From positions 295,671 to 359,670 of the forward strand of contig OZ244141.1 of the NCBI GenBank assembly GCA_965216295.1: a stretch of 64,000 nucleotides of DNA, written 5' to 3'. Under the pieces are notes generated by a model. The model was given only the letters and a program-made list of their open reading frames with translations. It made no database searches and was not told the origin of the DNA. Position 1 is the stretch's first letter. The number at the start of each line of letters is the position of its first letter. The position numbers and the translations under genes are program-made. Source of the stretch: Minisyncoccota bacterium. Lineage in GTDB: Bacteria; Patescibacteriota; Minisyncoccia; Phycocordibacterales; JABAAK01. Shown one piece after another: positions 57,095-64,000 of the stretch.

Positions 57095-57518
57095 TAATCT
57101 GTATCGTTACATTTCCAGTATATTCCTTGTATTGCATCGGTATGGTATATGTCCCTACTTTTTTAATCGGATCAAAGGTAAACACTTCTTCTGGTAGTGT
57201 ATGCCCCGCAGTATTCAACGCTTCTGCAACAATTTTTGGAGTGACCGCACGAAACAGAACTCCTTGTGCATTTGCCGCACACGGTATGGTGATGGTCTCT
57301 GGAAGCTTTTGTAATTCCTGAAGTATCTCTGCATCATTGCGGTGCAGTCGGTCTTCTTGTTCTTCCACGTGATGAGCGATGGTTTTTCCAAGAGAACTCT
57401 TCATCTCTGCTGCTAATTTTTTAGGCAACAAAAAGTTAATCGCATATCCATCGGTGACTGTAATCATACTTCCCTCTCGACCAACACCCTTTATGTCTTT
57501 CAACAAGACTACCTGCAT
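57081..57518 (-). CDS. rplI: 50S ribosomal protein bL9
   Basis: MQVVLLKDI.GVG..G....V.DGYA.NFLLPK, PIKKVG.Y. Confidence 0.95.
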   Translation of the reverse strand: MQVVLLKDIKGVGREGSMITVTDGYAINFLLPKKLAAEMKSSLGKTIAHHVEEQEDRLHRNDAEILQELQKLPETITIPCAANAQGVLFRAVTPKIVAEALNTAGHTLPEEVFTFDPIKKVGTYTIPMQYKEYTGNVTIQINEKQ

Positions 57519-57519
57519 A

Positions 57520-59049
57520 CTATTTTTTCTGTAATTCTTCTATCGCTCTATCTAATTCGTACTGTTCAATATCAAGATCTTCTTCTTCGGTTTGTCGTAT
57601 ATAATTTCTCCTCCCTTTTGTGATGTCAATCGTTGGTTTAAAACCACCATCAGAGAGTGATTTTTTTGCAGGCGTTAACCAATGAGCAATAGTAATTTTA
57701 AGTAATCCACCAGTTGCAACATTTGAGAGTGACTGTACGGATCCTTTACCAAACGTTGGTACTCCAACAACTGTTGCAACGTTGTAGTGCGCTAATGCCG
57801 CAGCGATAATCTCTGCAGATGATGCGGTACCACGATCAACCAAAACAACCATTGGTGGTTGCACAGGACCTAAGAGAGGGCCAGTTGTTGAACGGTACCG
57901 TCGAACAACCTCTGTTCCATCATACTCATGTAACACAACGGACTTCTTTGGTAGAAATAATCCTGCAATGTAGACGGCAGCTTCAAGGACACCTCCTGGG
58001 TTACCTCGGAGATCAAGCAAAATGCGATCTGTTTCTGGGTTGGTGACGAATTCTTTCAGGGCAAGTTGAAATGCTCTTGGTGTCTTGTTATTCACCGTCA
58101 GGAGACGAATGACAAGTATATTCTCAAGAGTTTCTGTTTCAACCGAAGGAACAATAACTCTGTCTCGTTCAACAGAAACACTAAACTTTTTATCAGTAGA
58201 ACCTCGGTAGATATCTAAGACAACACTACTTCCTTTAACACCTCGTATATTATCAGTTGCTTCAATTAAATTAAGATGATCAATTTTCTCACCATCTATT
58301 TTCAAAATAATATCTTCCTTCTGTAATCCTGCTTGATGTGCTGGACCGTTGGTTATAGGTCGAATGATGGTCAAAATACCGTTTGGTTTACCGATATAGG
58401 CACCGATGCCTTGTATTTCACCGTCAACGATTTCGTCAGTAAATTCATCAGCATCAGTTTGCTCAAGAAAGATAGTGTGTCGATCCTTTGTTGCGTAGGT
58501 TAATCCATTAATAGCACCTTGAACAAATTCTTCACGAGTTGGTCTCTGTACTGTCTCTTCATCTTCGTTTGGTGGTGGGATATGGCTTTTCTCAAGGATG
58601 CGCCATACTTCCCAGAATGTCGTAAGGTCAATGTCTGAGAAATCCTCAGGATGGTCTGGCGTTTGTATGGTAGAGACAGTGATGTTCGGCAAAACTTCAT
58701 GGATGGGTACGCTGTCAATTAAAGCCAACTGATCTTTGTCCACTCCTACCACAAGGTAAGCACCGATAGTACCAACAGCAATACCAAGGAGTAAAATACC
58801 TGCTCGTTTTGAACGTTCTCTTTGAGGAGGTTGTATAAATCCCATCTCATCAATATCAAGATGTTTCTCTTCCCTACTCCCTTTCTTTGGGGTAACAGGT
58901 TCAACAATTTCATCAAGAACCGTTTCTTTCACAATCGCAACCTTCTTACTCTTTCTTGTTGATGCAGTGCGGGATTTAGTAGCACCCTTTTTCACAGGTA
59001 CCTTTTTTACCGCAGAGCGTTTGCGTGCTGTTTTTTTACTAGCAACCAT
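57520..59049 (-). CDS. S41 carboxyl-terminal processing protease (PDZ) with a basic N-terminal extension
   Basis: GIGA PDZ, LDLRGNPGG, TASSAEI, TFGKGSVQ. Confidence 0.9.
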   Translation of the reverse strand: MVASKKTARKRSAVKKVPVKKGATKSRTASTRKSKKVAIVKETVLDEIVEPVTPKKGSREEKHLDIDEMGFIQPPQRERSKRAGILLLGIAVGTIGAYLVVGVDKDQLALIDSVPIHEVLPNITVSTIQTPDHPEDFSDIDLTTFWEVWRILEKSHIPPPNEDEETVQRPTREEFVQGAINGLTYATKDRHTIFLEQTDADEFTDEIVDGEIQGIGAYIGKPNGILTIIRPITNGPAHQAGLQKEDIILKIDGEKIDHLNLIEATDNIRGVKGSSVVLDIYRGSTDKKFSVSVERDRVIVPSVETETLENILVIRLLTVNNKTPRAFQLALKEFVTNPETDRILLDLRGNPGGVLEAAVYIAGLFLPKKSVVLHEYDGTEVVRRYRSTTGPLLGPVQPPMVVLVDRGTASSAEIIAAALAHYNVATVVGVPTFGKGSVQSLSNVATGGLLKITIAHWLTPAKKSLSDGGFKPTIDITKGRRNYIRQTEEEDLDIEQYELDRAIEELQKK

Positions 59050-59078
59050 AGATAACTATAATAGTGACATAGTAACAT

Positions 59079-60503
59079 ATGCTATACTCACTGTTGAACG
59101 GTATGTTTAGAAAACCATCTCCCTTTCTCGTATACGATACGGCACAAAGAAAACTAGTGGCACTGCAACCACGACAAACTCCATCAGTTCGTATATATAC
59201 CTGTGGTCCAACTCTCTACAAACCACCTCACATTGGTAACCTCCGTGCGTATGTTTTTGCCGACACACTCAATCGAGCACTCCGTCTTTTTGGATATCGA
59301 CCAAACCATGTCATTAATCTAACCGATGTTGGTCACTTAACCGATGATGCTGACGGTGGTGAGGATAAAGTGGAAAAACAAGCAAAGAAAGAAAACCGTA
59401 AGGTCTCTAATATAATTACTGTTTTACAGAATCATTTTTTCCAAGATTTAAAACATTTGAACATACCACTCCGGGCATACACATTTCCAAAAGCAACAGA
59501 GTATATTCGTGAACAAATTGCCCTTGCCAAACGACTTGAAGAAAAAGGCTACGCGTATACCATAGCGGATGGCCTTTACTTTGATACCACCAAGTTTCCC
59601 ACCTATGGACGCTTGGGACGCTTTCACGAGGCAGACAAACAGGCTGGTGCACGGGTTGCTGTTGTTGCAGGAAAACGCAATCCAAATGACTTTGCGCTTT
59701 GGAAAAAGACTCTTGAAGGTGTTAAACGGCAACAAGAATGGGATTCACCGTGGGGGCGTGGATTTCCTGGGTGGCACCTTGAATGCTCCACCATGGCAAT
59801 GCAAGTACTAGGAGAAACACTTGATATTCATACTGGTGGTATTGATCATATAGCAATTCATCACAACAATGAAATTGCTCAGAGTGAAGCAGTAACAGGA
59901 AAACCGTTTGCAACTACTTGGATGCACTGCGCATTTTTGAAACATAACAATGAGAAGTTCTCAAAATCACTGAACAACACGTACACCATACAAGATTTAA
60001 TTGATCGAGGATTCCATCCATTAGCACTGCGATATTTCTTTTTAACTGCAAGTTACCGTTCCCCACTATCATTTTCATTTGAAGCTCTCTCTGGTATGCA
60101 AACAGCAGTGACACGATTGAATTATGAATATGCACAACTACCCCGTTCCCTTTTTGCAAAAGTTGATCCACGAACAAAAAAATGGTTTGATGAAGCGTTC
60201 TCAACTGATATCAATACCCCAACAGCAATTGCACTTCTCTGGGGACTTTTAAAAGAAAAACATATATCTCCTGCCGTGAAACGAAAAACAGTACAGTATG
60301 CCGATCGAGTACTTGGTATTCTTTCACCTGAACTACAAAAGAAAATCACGGTGCCAAAAGAATTGCAAACACTTTTGAAAAAAAGAAATGAGGCACGGAA
60401 AATAAAAAACTACGATGAGGCAGATACCATACGAAGACAAATTGAACACGCCGGTTATGTCATCGAGGATACTTCAGAAGGAAGTCGTCTGGTTAAACAG
60501 TGA
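59079..60503 (+). CDS. cysS: Cysteinyl-tRNA synthetase
   Basis: CGPT.Y, HIGN, DFALWK, PGWHLEC, KFSKS. Confidence 0.96.
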   Translation: MLYSLLNGMFRKPSPFLVYDTAQRKLVALQPRQTPSVRIYTCGPTLYKPPHIGNLRAYVFADTLNRALRLFGYRPNHVINLTDVGHLTDDADGGEDKVEKQAKKENRKVSNIITVLQNHFFQDLKHLNIPLRAYTFPKATEYIREQIALAKRLEEKGYAYTIADGLYFDTTKFPTYGRLGRFHEADKQAGARVAVVAGKRNPNDFALWKKTLEGVKRQQEWDSPWGRGFPGWHLECSTMAMQVLGETLDIHTGGIDHIAIHHNNEIAQSEAVTGKPFATTWMHCAFLKHNNEKFSKSLNNTYTIQDLIDRGFHPLALRYFFLTASYRSPLSFSFEALSGMQTAVTRLNYEYAQLPRSLFAKVDPRTKKWFDEAFSTDINTPTAIALLWGLLKEKHISPAVKRKTVQYADRVLGILSPELQKKITVPKELQTLLKKRNEARKIKNYDEADTIRRQIEHAGYVIEDTSEGSRLVKQ

Positions 60504-60614
60504 GTTTTTTTCAAACATTCCACAGACTTCATCTTGTACTATCTACTCCAAAGAGAAGTAAGGGTGATTTTTCCACAATATCTTCCAGCGAGAGTTCATT
60601 CATAATGAATACAT

Positions 60615-62030
60615 ATGGATCTTGCAGTACAGAGTAACGCTATTGATGCGGCACAAAAAACACCACCACATGATTCCTCTGTTGAACAATCACTCTTGGG
60701 TGCGCTACTCGTTAACAGCAAATCGTTTTTAGAATTGACAGACATTCTCACTCCCGCATCATTTTATATACCAAAACATACTATTATCTTTGAAACAATG
60801 ATAGAGATTATTGGCAAGGGTGATGCTATTGATGCTGTGACAGTTGGTGCTCATCTACAGGCAAAAGATGACCTTGAAAGAATTGGTGGCAATGCTTACC
60901 TCGCTGAACTCATTGAAGGTGCTCCGACAACGACGAATATAGTGAGTTATGCAAGAATCATACAAGAAAAATTTGTGAGACGAAGGTTGGTGAATGCTGG
61001 TTCCGCTATCGTTGATTGTAGTTACCAAGAAGATCAACCTATTGAGAAAGTTATTGATGCGTCAGAAAAGAAACTATTTGATGTTACTCATAAACACGTC
61101 TCTGTTGGTTACCGGAGTGTTGATGAAGGAGTTGGTGAAATTGTTACGAGTATCATCGCACTCGCTGAAAAAGGTGATCAAAAGAAGTATCGTGGTGTAC
61201 CAACTGGATTTAATCTTTTAAACGATGCTCTCTCTGGATTTCAACCCTCTGACCTCGTTATCCTCGCTGCACGACCATCTATGGGAAAAACAACGCTGGC
61301 ATTGGATATTGCCCGTTTGACAGGTATTAACCATCAAACTCCTATTGGTATCTTTTCCCTTGAAATGAGTGAAGGACAGCTATTAGAACGAATGCTTGCT
61401 GCAGAAGCACAGCTTCATGCTTGGAAGCTACGAACTGGCCGTCTACGTGATGAGGGTTCTCTGAGTGCCTTGACTGAGGCGGTTGATAGGCTCTCAAAGA
61501 CCTCTATCTACATTGATGATCATCCAGGGGCAACAACACTCCATATTCGTTCAACTGCACGACGAATGAAACGTGAGCATAACATTCAAATGATTATCGT
61601 CGATTACCTCCAACTCATCACAGCATATGAGACGAGAAGGAGTGATTCTTTGGTACAGCAGGTAACTGAAATATCACGCACATTGAAGTTAATAGCACGA
61701 GAACTCCAAATACCAGTCATTGCCCTCTCCCAGCTCTCTCGAGATATTGAGAAACGAGCAGGTCGTCCACGACTCTCAGACCTTCGTGATTCTGGTTCTA
61801 TTGAACAAGACGCTGATGTTGTTATGTTCCTTCACCGCAAACACCGTGCTAATGCCGAAGAAGAAGGTGATATTATACGAACTGAACTTATCATTGAAAA
61901 ACACCGTAATGGACCAACGGGTGCTGTTGAACTTCTCTTTGACAAGAAACACGTAACGTTTAGAGAAGAAGCGAGCGAACAGTATCAAGAAATTGCCGAA
62001 GGAATGCCTCCTGAAGAGTATGAGGTGTAA
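60615..62030 (+). CDS. dnaB: Replicative DNA helicase
   Basis: AARPSMGKT, FSLEM, VDYLQL, LSQLSR, DLRDSGSIEQDAD, KHRNGPTG. Confidence 0.97.
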   Translation: MDLAVQSNAIDAAQKTPPHDSSVEQSLLGALLVNSKSFLELTDILTPASFYIPKHTIIFETMIEIIGKGDAIDAVTVGAHLQAKDDLERIGGNAYLAELIEGAPTTTNIVSYARIIQEKFVRRRLVNAGSAIVDCSYQEDQPIEKVIDASEKKLFDVTHKHVSVGYRSVDEGVGEIVTSIIALAEKGDQKKYRGVPTGFNLLNDALSGFQPSDLVILAARPSMGKTTLALDIARLTGINHQTPIGIFSLEMSEGQLLERMLAAEAQLHAWKLRTGRLRDEGSLSALTEAVDRLSKTSIYIDDHPGATTLHIRSTARRMKREHNIQMIIVDYLQLITAYETRRSDSLVQQVTEISRTLKLIARELQIPVIALSQLSRDIEKRAGRPRLSDLRDSGSIEQDADVVMFLHRKHRANAEEEGDIIRTELIIEKHRNGPTGAVELLFDKKHVTFREEASEQYQEIAEGMPPEEYEV

Positions 62031-62059
62031 GGTAGTTTTGGTATGCTGTCTCTATATCT

Positions 62060-62680
62060 ATGAAACTCTCTCGCGAACACTTTCAGACCTTGATTACTCT
62101 ATTTAGTAAATTCCCTGGTATCGGTTCTCGACAGGCAGAACGATTTGTTTACTTCTTAGCCAGAAGTGATGCCCTGTTTATAACACAGTTACAAAACGGC
62201 ATTGCCACCTTTACCAAAAACGTTAAACAATGCCCTTCTTGCTATATCTACCATGATGGGGAAAATGCTTCGTGTGAAATCTGCACTAGTGATAGTCGTT
62301 CACAAGAGACATTGGTGGTGATAGAGAAAGATGTTGACCAGAGTTCACTGGAAGACGCTGGAGTGACCACTGGTCGATACTTTGTATTAGGTGGTCTCCT
62401 CCCTATCGCTTCACCTGTTCCTCCTTTTATTCGTCTTGCACAACTGAAAGAAAAGGTAACAAGAGAAAAACCAAAAGAAATTGTTCTTGCGTTCTCTGCT
62501 CATCCCGATGCCAATCACACTGCAATATTTCTCATACAGACAATGAAGGAGGTAGCACCGAAAATAACAGTGACTATCCTTGGTCGTGGACTCTCAACAG
62601 GTTCTGAATTAGAATACGTAGATCAAACAACGTTGAAAAATGCATTTCGGAATAGGAGGGATACCACAGTTGAACTATGA
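62060..62680 (+). CDS. recR: Recombination protein RecR
   Basis: FPGIG.RQA.R, CxxC...CxxC, toprim, G..LEYVD..TL..A. Confidence 0.93.
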   Translation: MKLSREHFQTLITLFSKFPGIGSRQAERFVYFLARSDALFITQLQNGIATFTKNVKQCPSCYIYHDGENASCEICTSDSRSQETLVVIEKDVDQSSLEDAGVTTGRYFVLGGLLPIASPVPPFIRLAQLKEKVTREKPKEIVLAFSAHPDANHTAIFLIQTMKEVAPKITVTILGRGLSTGSELEYVDQTTLKNAFRNRRDTTVEL

Positions 62681-63010
62681 TACTGCTATTTCTTTAATGC
62701 GAATAGTACAAAATGGTTGACGATGACCGTAGTTTCTTGAATAATTTGATTTTGCACGAAACCGTATAACTGAAATCTTTTTATCTCTCCCTGTTTTTTC
62801 AATGACACCAGAGACCTGTGCTCCTTTGACGTATGGGAGACCGAAAGTACTTTCTCCTGAATCGGTATCAACGAGAAGTACTTTATCAAAAGAGATAGGG
62901 TCACCTTCTTTGGCATTATTGGGAATTGCGTGCAGACGTACCAAGTCTCCTACCGTTGCCCAATGTTGTTCACCTCCTGCTTCAAAGACAGCGGCTGTTT
63001 GTTGTTCCAT
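62675..63010 (-). CDS. rplU: 50S ribosomal protein bL21
   Basis: GG.Q....GD, G.PYV.GA.V, GHRQPF. Confidence 0.93.
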   Translation of the reverse strand: MEQQTAAVFEAGGEQHWATVGDLVRLHAIPNNAKEGDPISFDKVLLVDTDSGESTFGLPYVKGAQVSGVIEKTGRDKKISVIRFRAKSNYSRNYGHRQPFCTIRIKEIAVS

Positions 63011-63050
63011 ATATGGTTAGTGTATCCTCTCTTTGTGGTAAAGACAAGTG

Positions 63051-64000
63051 CTATACAGCATCCTGTGATTTCTCATCATCCTGAGTATCGAGTGGCTTGT
63101 CAATCCCTGTTACTTGAAATGCTGCAGGCTTTCTACCCTGTCGCTTTGTCTTTGTTGTCTCGGAAATTTTTAATACATCAGTATCAATCATCTTGTATTG
63201 CTGTTGGGCGGTATTGTAATGGCTCACCGTTGTTCCGATTGATTTACCAACCTTGGTAAAGTACTTTTCATAACGATTGAGGTGTTTGTCTAGTCCTTGA
63301 ACCCGTTTCAGTATCTCCTGTGCCTGTTCTTCAATCTTCAATGAGCGGAGACCCATGTAGACCGTTTGAAGGTATGCAACAAGGGTGGTTGGTGAGATGA
63401 TAATGACTTTGTGCTGTCTGAATGCAAACTCAATCAAGTTTTCTTGATCATCTCCAATACGATTGGTGAGAAAATCATAGTAGAGCGCTTCTGAGGGAAG
63501 AAACATAAAAGCAAAATCAAGGGTATCTTCTTCAGGAAGAATGTACTTTGCTGTTTCTTTCACTCGTGCTTTCAAGTTCTCTTTCAATCCTCTCATCACT
63601 TTGTCGGTATCATCCACATCCCCACTTAACAGTGCACTATATGCACTTAAAGAAAACTTCGCATCAACAGCTACTTTCTTGTTTTCTTGAAGAAAGATAA
63701 CAGCATCAGCACGAGAACCATTCTTGAATGTGTATTGGGTTTGGTATGTTTCTGGAGGAAGTACATTGGCAAGGACCTGTTCTAAAATATGTTCACCGAG
63801 TGCACCTCGCCCTTGTGGGTTCTTGAGAATTTGTTCTAATTGTTGCAGTTGTTCGGTAAAAGAGAGGACTTGCTTCCCTGTTTCTTTCACTTCAGTTAAC
63901 TCACGGGTAATATCAGTGATGAGCCGTTTTGAATCTTGCATTTGTTCTCGCATGGAAGTAAACATACGATCAGTGTTTTTCTCTAACTTAGTATCCAATG
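63051..64000 (-). CDS. rmuC: DNA recombination protein RmuC (5' truncated by window)
   Basis: RG..GE..L, DA.I.L, VDAKF, FMFLPSE, SPTTL. Confidence 0.92.
   Translation of the reverse strand, partial: LDTKLEKNTDRMFTSMREQMQDSKRLITDITRELTEVKETGKQVLSFTEQLQQLEQILKNPQGRGALGEHILEQVLANVLPPETYQTQYTFKNGSRADAVIFLQENKKVAVDAKFSLSAYSALLSGDVDDTDKVMRGLKENLKARVKETAKYILPEEDTLDFAFMFLPSEALYYDFLTNRIGDDQENLIEFAFRQHKVIIISPTTLVAYLQTVYMGLRSLKIEEQAQEILKRVQGLDKHLNRYEKYFTKVGKSIGTTVSHYNTAQQQYKMIDTDVLKISETTKTKRQGRKPAAFQVTGIDKPLDTQDDEKSQDAV

Overview
A compact, gene-dense bacterial chromosome segment, about 39-40% GC by eye. It most resembles a Patescibacteria/CPR (Parcubacteria-like) genome, based on the tandem VirB2-like pilins, short SMC, NusB-NUDIX fusion, degenerate HisRS paralog, trimmed RelA and ThrRS, and rarity of SD motifs. 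This placement is inference from gene content. TGA serves as stop and tRNA-Trp has anticodon CCA, which fits code 11. Most of the window is housekeeping: murF, ftsZ/A, rpsA/U, gyrA/B, topA, infB, clpB, miaA, parB, thrS, dnaE, rnc, smc, cysS, dnaB, recR and rmuC. There are 9 tRNAs and an rpmG gene that the ORF track missed. Two very AT-rich islands sit next to tRNA 3' ends. (1) At 2108-5870, after tRNA-Glu, an SPPY amino-methyltransferase converges on an operon of a 75-aa helical protein and a 744-aa GHKL ATPase. No nuclease is recognisable. This is the best candidate for an undescribed defence or modification system. (2) At about 49725-54026, next to tRNA-Gly, two nested insertions carry a KAP-type NTPase and membrane proteins, bounded by a 20/21-bp direct repeat and a tRNA-Gly 3'-half duplicate. 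Other notable features: the CCA end of tRNA-Leu(CAA) supplies the A of the miaA start codon, the rbfA stop codon lies inside tRNA-Cys, -10 boxes sit 6-9 nt before many start codons (apparent leaderless mRNAs), and some divergent genes share tiny bidirectional promoters.
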